Positions 1 to 7,288 of a DNA stretch of 37,716 nt are shown here, piece by piece. Source of the DNA: a virus (taxonomy: Duplodnaviria > Heunggongvirae > Uroviricota > Caudoviricetes); the IMG/VR virus record IMGVR_UViG_643692022_000005; one strand, 5' to 3'. A program made the position numbers and the translations under genes. The notes beneath the pieces are model-generated. The model saw only the letters and a program-made list of their open reading frames with translations, had not been told where the DNA came from and did not search any database. The first letter of the stretch is position 1, and each line of letters begins with the position of its first letter.

Positions 1-123
1 TCAGTTTTCGTTTAAAATTTCCGAAATGTTGCTCAGCAACACCGGTTTAGTACGTGATAAAAAAATAGAAAATAAGAAAAATGAACGATTCGTACACTTA
101 GCCAGCAAACAAATCAAAAGCCA

Positions 124-151
124 TTGACTAAGCAGGTGCTGACCGTATAAT
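124..151 (+). promoter_or_regulatory. Candidate sigma70 promoter of the tRNA gene
   Basis: TTGACT at 124-129 and TATAAT at 146-151 separated by 16 bp, followed by a GC-rich discriminator-like stretch, about 40 nt upstream of the tRNA 5-prime end. Read by eye, untested. Confidence 0.5.
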
Positions 152-190
152 TCACGCGTTTCACCCGCACAGAAGATCATATCTTTCTAT

Positions 191-267
<77 letters not shown>

Positions 268-282
268 TTTAGAATCAATCAC

Positions 283-1446
283 TTAAATGCTTCCTCCCGC
301 TTCTGCTTTTCCTTTGTGGGACAAATTTGGGACATCATCGTTAAAAATAGCGTCAATTTGCTTTGCGTGCTCGGTCAGGTGATTAGGTGCCAGGTGAGCA
401 TACCTGCGTACCATTTCGATTGATTCCCATCCTCCCATTTCCTGAAGCACAGATAACGGCACGCCAGCCTGAATAAGCCAGCTCGCCCATGTGTGTCTCA
501 GGTCATGAAAACGGAAATCCTCAATACCTGCTCGTCTGCACGCTGCCTTCCAGGCTCTGCCGTCATCGACTCGCATCTTTCTGACTGCAGGAGTGAGAGA
601 GCCATCAGGCCGTCTTGCTGGCTTTGTGTGTACGAACACAAATTTATGATGGTTGCCTATCTGGTCTCGCAGAACCTTACATGCAGTATCATTCAGCGCT
701 ACGCCAATAGCTCTGTTTGATTTACTGTCTTCCGGGTTGATCCACGCAACACGGCGCTGCATGTCTATCTGTTGCCACTCCAAATTGATAATGTTCGAAC
801 GCCGTAAACCTGTCGCCAGTGCAAACTTGACGACAGACTTTAATGGCTCCGGGCATTCATCAATCAGCCTTTTTGCTTCCTCCTTTTCCAGCCACCGCAC
901 ACGCTTGTTGCGTACTGTCGGTATCTTGATGACCGGTGCTTTCTCCAGCCATTTCCAGTCACGTTCTGCTGCTCTCAGAATGGCTTTCATCAGTGCAAGA
1001 TGCTTTGCCTTGGTGGCAGTGGTGACTGGTTTAGCGACATATTCAGGCACAGGTTTTCCTTTCTTCCTTGCCGCCTCTGCCTTTGCTTTCCATATCTCAA
1101 GGTGATTACGGTTATGCATCCTGCTGACGGCTGAGTAAATCCTTGCCTCAGTAATATCCTTTAGCCGCACACCTTCAAAATGCTCAAGCCAGAATCCCAT
1201 CCGGCCTTTATCTGTATCGAGCGATTTCTTATCTGATTTCTCTTCAATCCAGCGCAAGCATGCTTCTTCAAACGTCACATCTGGAAAATCACCAAGCCTG
1301 TCTACTCGCCAGAGCTCAGCTTTTCGTTTGTCGTGCAGCTCCTGCGCTTGCCGCTTGTCCTTTGTGCCAAGAGATTCCTTAATTCGCTTCCCGCCCGGGA
1401 GCGAGTACGAGGCGTACCATATTTCACCTCTGCGGAAGAGTGACAT
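283..1446 (-). CDS. int: Tyrosine-type site-specific integrase
   Basis: 387-aa ORF starting [14 protein letters not shown], with C-terminal [39 protein letters not shown] (tyrosine recombinase R-H-R-Y signature region); position beside a tRNA. Confidence 0.92.
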   Translation of the reverse strand: MSLFRRGEIWYASYSLPGGKRIKESLGTKDKRQAQELHDKRKAELWRVDRLGDFPDVTFEEACLRWIEEKSDKKSLDTDKGRMGFWLEHFEGVRLKDITEARIYSAVSRMHNRNHLEIWKAKAEAARKKGKPVPEYVAKPVTTATKAKHLALMKAILRAAERDWKWLEKAPVIKIPTVRNKRVRWLEKEEAKRLIDECPEPLKSVVKFALATGLRRSNIINLEWQQIDMQRRVAWINPEDSKSNRAIGVALNDTACKVLRDQIGNHHKFVFVHTKPARRPDGSLTPAVRKMRVDDGRAWKAACRRAGIEDFRFHDLRHTWASWLIQAGVPLSVLQEMGGWESIEMVRRYAHLAPNHLTEHAKQIDAIFNDDVPNLSHKGKAEAGGSI

Positions 1447-1673
1447 TTTCTTTCCTCTGTTATGCCATCACCCGCGCTCACCTGGACAGTATGCAGCGGA
1501 GACTGAAGCGCCGCAATGCAGGCTTGTCGTGTTGTGAGGTAAGGGGATTTATTCTTAGTGGGATCTTTGCGTGTTGCCTGCAAACGCCCTGTGCGTATCC
1601 AGTTAATGGCAGTCGGTCTGGATATCTTGAGAAAATGACAGGCCTCATCGAGTGTGAGGCTGTATGGCTCCAT
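1302..1673 (-). CDS. xis: Excisionase-like DNA-binding protein
   Basis: Start taken at the internal Met ([31 protein letters not shown]), whose ATG overlaps the upstream stop as TAATG. Helix-turn-helix-like N-terminus. The 3-prime end overlaps the integrase start by about 145 nt in another frame. Confidence 0.6.
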   Translation of the reverse strand: MEPYSLTLDEACHFLKISRPTAINWIRTGRLQATRKDPTKNKSPYLTTRQACIAALQSPLHTVQVSAGDGITEERKCHSSAEVKYGTPRTRSRAGSELRNLLAQRTSGKRRSCTTNEKLSSGE

Positions 1674-1978
1674 TATTTCACCTCTTGTTGTGACATTGTT
1701 GAAAAATGGATACCAGCTCGTTGCTGCCAGACGATCCAACCGAGAGTCATATCCCATGCCATGTATTCTTTATCGCCGTTTTTTGCTCTCCGACGATCTA
1801 CTAAGTCACCGAAACGCTTTTCCATGAATAATTCATAAGCTTCGCGTTCATCTGGTTCTACTTCCAGAGATAGGAGTGCGATTTCATAAGCACGGCGCTC
1901 AATATCGTCTCGCACGTCAAGGCTGCTGATACGCTCTTTAATTTCTTTAATCAGTTCTTTGTCGGTAAAAGTGGTCAT
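1673..1978 (-). CDS. Hypothetical phage early protein
   Basis: 101-aa ORF, co-directional and tightly packed with neighbours; no motif recognised. Confidence 0.6.
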   Translation of the reverse strand: MTTFTDKELIKEIKERISSLDVRDDIERRAYEIALLSLEVEPDEREAYELFMEKRFGDLVDRRRAKNGDKEYMAWDMTLGWIVWQQRAGIHFSTMSQQEVK

Positions 1979-2340
1979 TATGCTCCAGCCTCCGGTGCTT
2001 TTGGCATTACTGCCCAGTGAGTGATATTGACGTTTTCAAGGTCCCCGACCTGAAATGTCCACTGCCATTCTCCGGTTTCTTTTTGTCCCCAGGTGTACCA
2101 GAGAGAACGCCAGCCAATTAGCCAGCCTTCTCCGTTAGCATCGAATAACAAAACACTTTCATTTGCTGGTGGCAGTTCAGTTGACACTGGTATTACTTTG
2201 TTTTCCTGTGCTGCACATTTAGCTTCAAGCGCATCGAATTTACGCACTAGGTATTCAGCATCTGTTTCATTTACTTTCAGATCTCGCGGTACACATCTCC
2301 CACGAAGAAACCCTTCCATTTCGAAAACATTCATGCGCAT
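1978..2340 (-). CDS. DUF551-like phage protein
   Basis: 120-aa ORF with a Trp-rich C-terminal half ending ...NITHWAVMPKAPE, which resembles the DUF551 family from memory. Confidence 0.6.
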   Translation of the reverse strand: MRMNVFEMEGFLRGRCVPRDLKVNETDAEYLVRKFDALEAKCAAQENKVIPVSTELPPANESVLLFDANGEGWLIGWRSLWYTWGQKETGEWQWTFQVGDLENVNITHWAVMPKAPEAGA

Positions 2341-2867
2341 TTGCGTAACTCCGATAACTCGTTAAAGCGTTCCATAAACATCCCGTAGGCATGGCCCGGA
2401 GCCAGTGGAATCACGTTGAACATCTCTGTTGCCGGGATACCTTCCAGTACAGGCCAGAAAGAGCCATCATCAAGCCCGAGATCGCGGCGTTCGGTTGCCA
2501 GCATGATGAGATCGGCATATTTCACGGGCGTACTCATAACTGGGGGTAACCCGTATTTCTCACGGATTACGGCGTCTATTTTTTCTTCCATTTGTTTATA
2601 GTCAGGAAGAAGGCGTTTCAGTGGTGCGGGAATGTCCTGGCAATACGCTTCTGTTGCATCATGCATTAACGCTTCAAAAGCAAATTCCTGCGGCACCAGC
2701 TGGCTGCAAAGAACCGCATGTTGGGCGACGCTGTAGAAGTGCGAAAGATGACCGGCAAAGCGACAGATATTTGAAAGGGAAACCGCGATATCGTTAATAT
2801 CGATGTCGTCTTTATTTATCCTGTCATAATAAAAATGCTTCCCGGAAAAAGTTTTAATAAATGACAT
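2331..2867 (-). CDS. HD-domain phosphohydrolase (YfdR-like 5-prime-deoxynucleotidase)
   Basis: HD-type motifs (H...HD...E: SVAQHAVLCSQL, MHDATEAY). Start placed at the internal ATG (MSFIKTF) preceded by GGAG at 6-nt spacing; the track ORF runs to 2894 from a GTG. Confidence 0.75.
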   Translation of the reverse strand: MSFIKTFSGKHFYYDRINKDDIDINDIAVSLSNICRFAGHLSHFYSVAQHAVLCSQLVPQEFAFEALMHDATEAYCQDIPAPLKRLLPDYKQMEEKIDAVIREKYGLPPVMSTPVKYADLIMLATERRDLGLDDGSFWPVLEGIPATEMFNVIPLAPGHAYGMFMERFNELSELRKCA

Positions 2868-2994
2868 TTTGCTCTCCACGTATATGCGCTGCACCGCGCT
2901 GAATTCTGGTAAAAAGAATCCCTCACCATCCGGCGATTATTGAGTAAATTACGTTTCCATAAATGCCCCCGCAGGGGCATTTGCAGTAATGAAA

Positions 2995-3819
2995 TCAGGC
3001 GGTGAAAGTACCAATAAAGGTTTCTACTTTGCTGTCCTTGAATTTCTCAACAAGCAGATCACGAAATTCGTTAGCCATTTCTTCCTGCACCGCCTCCAGC
3101 TGAATAATGCGCAGAACCAGTACAGGACGATCGCCAGTGATAATACTGAGGCGTAATTTAAACGGACGTTCTTTCAGACCTTCAAACGGAACGCATTTAA
3201 ATTCAAATGTCACTGGCATAATGTCTTTGGTCTTCGCTTCGACAGACTCCATCAGGGAGCGTTTGCCGCTGAAGTCATTATCTTCAAAATCAGCGGTCTG
3301 GTTTGCTTCAATCGTGATTTTACGGACAGCCGCAGCCGCTTTTGTTGCCTGAATAGCGTCACCATTAGCATCAAAGCCCACAAGATAGTCGGCCCAGTCT
3401 TCAATCCATTCTGCCAGTGACTTCTGGGAGTTACGCTCGCCGTTAACAGACAACAGAGCAGAGAACGGTGCTGTCTTTTTCAGTTTGAGTGTGGCGGTGT
3501 TATCTGCGTGACCTGGTTCATCAATAGTACCCAGGTTAAGCACACTGACGGCACGCATATTATCAGCATCGATAAAGCAGCGGGTGCCTTCATCTGCAAG
3601 ATCTTTAGAATAACGGGTAAAGTCATCGATGCTGGCAGTGGAAAGCGCACCACGGAAACGGAAGCGATTTAAATTAAATTTTTCCAGATCATGAATGCGG
3701 AAATTCTCAGGCAATGCCACAGCATCGGCACCAATCTTACTGATAATTTCATTAACACCCTGAGCAGAAATAAGGGCATGGATTTGATTAATTGCGGTTG
3801 CGTCTAAGTTCTGAGACAT
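2995..3819 (-). CDS. YfdQ-like (DUF2303-like) phage protein
   Basis: 274-aa ORF; family assignment recalled from the E. coli CPS-53 prophage, where it sits next to an HD-domain gene as it does here. Confidence 0.6.
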   Translation of the reverse strand: MSQNLDATAINQIHALISAQGVNEIISKIGADAVALPENFRIHDLEKFNLNRFRFRGALSTASIDDFTRYSKDLADEGTRCFIDADNMRAVSVLNLGTIDEPGHADNTATLKLKKTAPFSALLSVNGERNSQKSLAEWIEDWADYLVGFDANGDAIQATKAAAAVRKITIEANQTADFEDNDFSGKRSLMESVEAKTKDIMPVTFEFKCVPFEGLKERPFKLRLSIITGDRPVLVLRIIQLEAVQEEMANEFRDLLVEKFKDSKVETFIGTFTA

Positions 3820-3884
3820 AATAAGTCCTCACTATATAAAGATATTCAGTGATGAGATAAATAATCAGTTAATTAAAAACGATA

Positions 3885-4247
3885 TTAACGACCTGCTGCG
3901 CGGAGTTTTCCGTCAGGTTCACCGGCAAGAGTCAGTAACTGTCCCTGGTCTTCCTGCAGAATAGTCAGGCGACCACCGCGATTGACATACATCGGCGTTT
4001 CGGTGGTGTCTTCTTCGGAAATTTTCCCGCGGTTAGTCGGGCGAACATATGAGAGTTTGTGTTTGATTTTCACTCGGTTCTCATCAAACGGTTCGATTTC
4101 CAGGTTGAGCGAGACCTTACCTTTGGTTTTCGTGTTCATCACACCGGAAGCGACTTCACTGAGAACTGCGCCGATTTTGGTTTCAAATACGCCGCCGTCC
4201 AGCTCCCCGATAAATGCCTGCACATCAGTACTGCGTTCGCTAGCCAT
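3885..4247 (-). CDS. Hypothetical phage early protein
   Basis: Start at the internal Met (MASERSTDVQAFIGELDGG) preceded by GAGGAG at 9-nt spacing. The longer track ORF (to 4565) runs through a structured non-coding region and is not credible as coding. Confidence 0.65.
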   Translation of the reverse strand: MASERSTDVQAFIGELDGGVFETKIGAVLSEVASGVMNTKTKGKVSLNLEIEPFDENRVKIKHKLSYVRPTNRGKISEEDTTETPMYVNRGGRLTILQEDQGQLLTLAGEPDGKLRAAGR

Positions 4248-4295
4248 TTTGCTGCTCCTCATCATATCGACCCTGCAAGGTCGGTTAGTTTCTCC

Positions 4296-4384
4296 ACAAA
4301 ACAGAGAAGAACACCTGCGGTGACTGCCGCCCGGATGGATTGGGTTATGAGCCCGTCGTCCGGTGATGCTCTTCTCTGTTTTGT
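4296..4384. repeat. Long perfect inverted repeat (15-bp arms, 59-nt spacer) forming a large stem-loop
   Basis: 4296-4310 ACAAAACAGAGAAGA pairs perfectly with 4370-4384 TCTTCTCTGTTTTGT. By my estimate a 15-bp inverted repeat within 100 nt is expected about 0.003 times by chance in a window this size. Confidence 0.7.
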
Positions 4385-4648
4385 AAAAAGGACGGTACCA
4401 GCCGGAAGCAAGGGTACAAACTGGTACCGCCAGGACTACACACAGCATAAAGTTGTGGTGCCGGGTGCCTCCCGGTGCCTGGCGAAGGTTGCACACCAGA
4501 CGGGTGGGTATCCACAGAAGGTCGACTGTCAGCCTCAACCTTAACCCGCGTGCGCTGAGCCGCATTCACCACAACGCTAAGAATTCTCTCTGGTTGAAAA
4601 TACTTAGCTGTTATGTGCCTGCTTTTAGCCACATCAGGCGAGGTGGAC

Positions 4649-4700
4649 CTGGTTATTCCCCAACAACAAGGATTCGGTTAATCTGGTTATCCCCAACAAC
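4649..4700 (+). repeat. Two direct repeats (CTGGTTAT(T)CCCCAACAAC) upstream of the 4716 gene
   Basis: Copies at 4649-4667 and 4683-4700 differ by one inserted T; the second ends 15 bp before the ATG. Each contains a TTATCCCCA-like core one or two mismatches from a DnaA-box consensus. Confidence 0.6.
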
Positions 4701-4715
4701 GCAAAAGGAAAAGAA

Positions 4716-5150
4716 ATGTCCGGTAATATCTATACGCTGTACAAATCCCACTGTGAAAATGTTGGAAAGTATCGGGGCATTGAAATCAGTGGGGTAGTGT
4801 CATCAGTCGAAATAAGCAAAGTTGAATCAAGGGCAACATTACTTACTCTTCTGGACCTTGTCTTACATGAGCACCGGAAGAAATTCGGCACTCCCTATAA
4901 TCAGTTGAATGGGAAAAAGGCTCTGGTTCACCTTATTCTGATGAAGCATCACTGGATGCCAAAACAGATTAATGAGATGAAATTTGATGAACTTCTTCTT
5001 TCAATTCAGGATGAACTCACACTTGATAAAATAAGCGTAACCGCCCAGAAATTTTTAGATTATCGAGACTGGAGATCACAAATTCATCACTTTGATGATT
5101 TTGACGAAAATGAATGGGATCCTAATTTGTCTGCACAATATCTAAAGTAA
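4716..5150 (+). CDS. Hypothetical protein (AT-rich cargo gene)
   Basis: 144-aa ORF in AT-rich DNA, where a long ORF is unlikely by chance; purine-rich RBS-like stretch (AAAAGGAAAAG) upstream. No recognised motif. Opposite strand to the flanking early operon. Confidence 0.6.
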   Translation: MSGNIYTLYKSHCENVGKYRGIEISGVVSSVEISKVESRATLLTLLDLVLHEHRKKFGTPYNQLNGKKALVHLILMKHHWMPKQINEMKFDELLLSIQDELTLDKISVTAQKFLDYRDWRSQIHHFDDFDENEWDPNLSAQYLK

Positions 5151-5328
5151 CATCCTGTGATAAAACCGTGATTTCCTGATCCAGTTTTTTTAAGGAGTCT
5201 ATTGTTTCCTGTCGATAAGACAGCACTTCACGAAGCTGGTTTATAGCTGCCAGCTTCTTTGCCATCCACTCGTAAATTTCCTCATTTGTGTATCCGGGCG
5301 CGACGATTTTTGGTTCTGTTTTGTGCAT
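5122..5328 (-). CDS. Small hypothetical protein (68 aa, predicted helical/coiled-coil)
   Basis: Internal ATG (MHKTEPKIV) preceded by a strong RBS GAGGAGGTG at 5-nt spacing. Converges on and overlaps the 3-prime end of the 4716-5150 gene by 29 nt. Confidence 0.5.
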   Translation of the reverse strand: MHKTEPKIVAPGYTNEEIYEWMAKKLAAINQLREVLSYRQETIDSLKKLDQEITVLSQDVTLDIVQTN

Positions 5329-5373
5329 TTCACACCTCCTCAAGTTATCAGTTACTTGTTGATGGGGACCAGA

Positions 5374-5385
5374 TTGTTAAAGAGC
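5374..5385 (-). promoter_or_regulatory. boxA-like antitermination element (GCTCTTTAACAA on the minus strand)
   Basis: Exact 12-mer match to the core of the rrn/lambdoid boxA consensus as I recall it (TGCTCTTTAACAA), in the orientation of a leftward early transcript and directly after a hairpin. Confidence 0.4.
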
Positions 5386-5387
5386 TA

Positions 5388-5410
5388 AGCGTCCTGTAGG
5401 GCGCTTTTTT
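5388..5410 (+). terminator. Rho-independent terminator (plus-strand reading)
   Basis: Stem AGCGTCC/GGGCGCT (7 bp, one G-U) with loop TGTA, followed by TTTTTT. On the minus strand the same hairpin precedes the boxA-like element instead. Confidence 0.55.
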
Positions 5411-5593
5411 GTTGCTAACGAATCATCCTGGACTTCATATGCCCCAGGCGGCTACTTCGTGGGCGTCCTGCCTGTTCGTTGTTTTAACATCTTTAAGTTG
5501 TAATTCAGTTGTGGTTTTGAATGTTGTCAACAACTTTATGTGGTTTGAACGAGTAGCCAAGGAGTGCAAGGATTATCAAAAAAAGGAGGTTGT
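5411..5593. promoter_or_regulatory. Divergent promoter/operator-like region (candidate leftward early promoter and rightward cargo promoter)
   Basis: Perfect TTGACA -35 hexamer on the minus strand (top 5525-5530) with a weak -10 about 17 bp downstream; clustered GTTGT/ACAAC motifs like those in the cI-cro intergenic region; AGGAGG RBS at 5583-5588. Confidence 0.4.
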
Positions 5594-6484
5594 ATGGAAG
5601 ACGCGCTTTACGCTTTTAATTACACACAGAACCGGGACAAGTTATTTGCTAACTTGATTAGCATCATTGATGGAATCATTGCAGATGGAGTTGTCCGTGA
5701 AGAGGAGGTTCTTTACTTAGATACATGGTTACTTGAAGCAAAGCAGATTATCAATAATGGAGTTATAAAAAGTCTATCAGCACGGGTGTCGGATATTCTT
5801 GCGGATGGAATAATCACATCAGAAGAACGTGATGACCTTAAAAATAGCCTTCTCCAAATACAGAGGGAAATTCTTGATATCCCTGAAATTGATTTTTACT
5901 CCAAGGATGTAGATGTCCATTTACTTAATGGACTATGTAAAGGATTAATTGCTGATCGGAACTTAACTCAAGAAGAAATAAGATATCTTAATTGGTGGCT
6001 TGAGCAAAATGGAGCTTTGAAGAACAACTACCCAGGAAAAAAACTTTATGCACTTGTAAAGGAAATTCTTAAAGATGGGGTTATTACTGAAGATGAGAGT
6101 TTAACTCTACATAAGGCATTAGTAGACTTCACAGGATGTGACTTGGAAAGTGGGGTGGTGGATGGTTTGGCGACCAGGCTGCCTATTGATGTAGGGGCTT
6201 CGATAGAGTTAGAGGGTAAAACCTATTGTCTTACAGGCACTTTTGTTGCAGGAAAGAGAGCCGTAGTTGAAAATTTGATTAAAAATGCTGGTGGGAACAT
6301 CAGTAGTGGAATTACTCAAAAGTTGGATTTTTTAGTAATTGGGACGCTTTCCTCCCGTGATTGGAAATTCTCAAGTCACGGAAGGAAGATCGAAAAAGCT
6401 ATATCTTATAGGGATGATAATGGTGCAAAACTTAAAATTATTTCTGAAGAAATGCTTTTCGATGCATTACCAAGTTCGCGATGA
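5594..6484 (+). CDS. Protein with four TerB-like helical repeats and a C-terminal BRCT-like domain (candidate defence/exclusion gene)
   Basis: Start at the ATG preceded by AGGAGG (the track ORF begins 30 nt earlier). Four repeats of a D-G-[VI]-[VI]-x-x-E-E helical motif; C-terminus GKTYCLTGTF...AGGNISSGITQKLDFLVIG matches the BRCT pattern of NAD-dependent ligases. AT-rich; 3-prime end overlaps the cI 3-prime end. Confidence 0.75.
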   Translation: MEDALYAFNYTQNRDKLFANLISIIDGIIADGVVREEEVLYLDTWLLEAKQIINNGVIKSLSARVSDILADGIITSEERDDLKNSLLQIQREILDIPEIDFYSKDVDVHLLNGLCKGLIADRNLTQEEIRYLNWWLEQNGALKNNYPGKKLYALVKEILKDGVITEDESLTLHKALVDFTGCDLESGVVDGLATRLPIDVGASIELEGKTYCLTGTFVAGKRAVVENLIKNAGGNISSGITQKLDFLVIGTLSSRDWKFSSHGRKIEKAISYRDDNGAKLKIISEEMLFDALPSSR

Positions 6485-7153
6485 CCAGAATACCCTACCT
6501 ATAACATGAATTCTGGCTCGTCTATCTTCAAAGGTGAGTATTTCATCTGGGTACTCATCTTTGTTGAAGCTTCTAAGAATCAAGCCACCGTCAGGTAAGT
6601 TGATAAGTATTTTAACCCTTAGCAATACACCATCTCGTACGGCATAAAGATCGCCATCACGAATAGGAACGGTTTGAGAAATATCAACGGCAACAAGATC
6701 TCCATTATTGAGAACCGGTAATAAACTGTTCCCCCATATTTTTACGATCTTGGCATTAGATGCACATACGCCAGATTTTCTCAAATCTGCTCTTCTTAAC
6801 GGAAACCAGTCAATAGCTGATTCAACTATTTCAGCCAGACATCCGTTACCTGCCGATAACTCGACATCTAAAACAGGAATGTTTACGAAAATATCGGGGT
6901 CTAATGCGGTGCTTTCTGCTTCTTTTACAACAAGATCAGGTATGGATGCGTTGTCTTCAATACCAAGTTGTAACCACTTTTGTGATACACCTAAAACTTT
7001 TGCAATTTCTTTAATTTTGCGCGGTTGTAGAGTTTCGCCATTCTCTATTTTGGCTACAGATTGTTGTGAAAGTCCAATTTTTTCAGCTAGTTGAGCTTGG
7101 CTCATGCCAGCTATCTCTCTACCTATCTTTAATCGTTCTGCCAGTGTTTTCAC
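6467..7153 (-). CDS. cI: CI-like repressor (HTH plus S24 LexA-like peptidase domain)
   Basis: N-terminal HTH (MSQAQLAEKIGLSQQSVAKIENGET) and a C-terminal S24-like autoproteolysis domain (GNSLLPVLNNGDLVAVD...); divergent from a Cro-like gene; GTG start. Confidence 0.88.
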   Translation of the reverse strand: MKTLAERLKIGREIAGMSQAQLAEKIGLSQQSVAKIENGETLQPRKIKEIAKVLGVSQKWLQLGIEDNASIPDLVVKEAESTALDPDIFVNIPVLDVELSAGNGCLAEIVESAIDWFPLRRADLRKSGVCASNAKIVKIWGNSLLPVLNNGDLVAVDISQTVPIRDGDLYAVRDGVLLRVKILINLPDGGLILRSFNKDEYPDEILTFEDRRARIHVIGRVFWSSRTW

Positions 7154-7288
7154 AACATATCCCTCTCTTTTTTGATGAGGTTACAACTTTATGTTTTAGC
7201 TTTCCAACACCTAAAAGTTGTGATAAAAGTTGTTAATGTTGTATTCTTGCAACTCGTAACAACTTAACTACCTAAAAAGGAGAAAGCT
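7154..7288. promoter_or_regulatory. Immunity-region operator/promoter (OR-like) between cI and cro
   Basis: 135-bp divergent intergenic region with repeated ACAACTT/AAGTTGT half-sites in inverted orientation (7183, 7215, 7228, 7259) and AAGGAG before cro. Confidence 0.6.

Noticed and set aside
493-1105. Plus-strand ORFs 493-720 and 653-1105 antisense to the integrase
   Set aside because: Entirely inside the well-supported integrase gene on the opposite strand; Ser/Cys/Arg-rich composition typical of antisense frames.
3885-4565. Full 226-aa extent of the track ORF
   Set aside because: The upstream 106 codons run through the structured non-coding region and have Arg/Cys/Pro-rich composition; a strong RBS precedes the internal Met at 4247, which I used as the start.
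4345-4632. 95-aa minus-strand ORF (GTG start) and overlapping plus-strand ORFs 4059-4544 and 4453-4797 in the GC-rich structured region
   Set aside because: No RBS, implausible Pro/Gly/Ser/Arg-rich composition in the later part, and overlap with strong inverted repeats; more likely non-coding structured sequence.
5530-5541. 12-mer ACAACTTTATGT shared between 5530-5541 and 7183-7194 as proof of a shared operator
   Set aside because: By my estimate tens of identical 12-mer pairs are expected by chance in 37 kb, so the match alone is not significant; kept only as supporting context for the half-site clustering.
5409-5657. 82-aa plus-strand ORF spanning the promoter region into the TerB/BRCT gene
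   Set aside because: Out of frame with the RBS-supported start at 5594 and hydrophobic low-complexity in composition; the in-frame AGGAGG-ATG start explains the region better.
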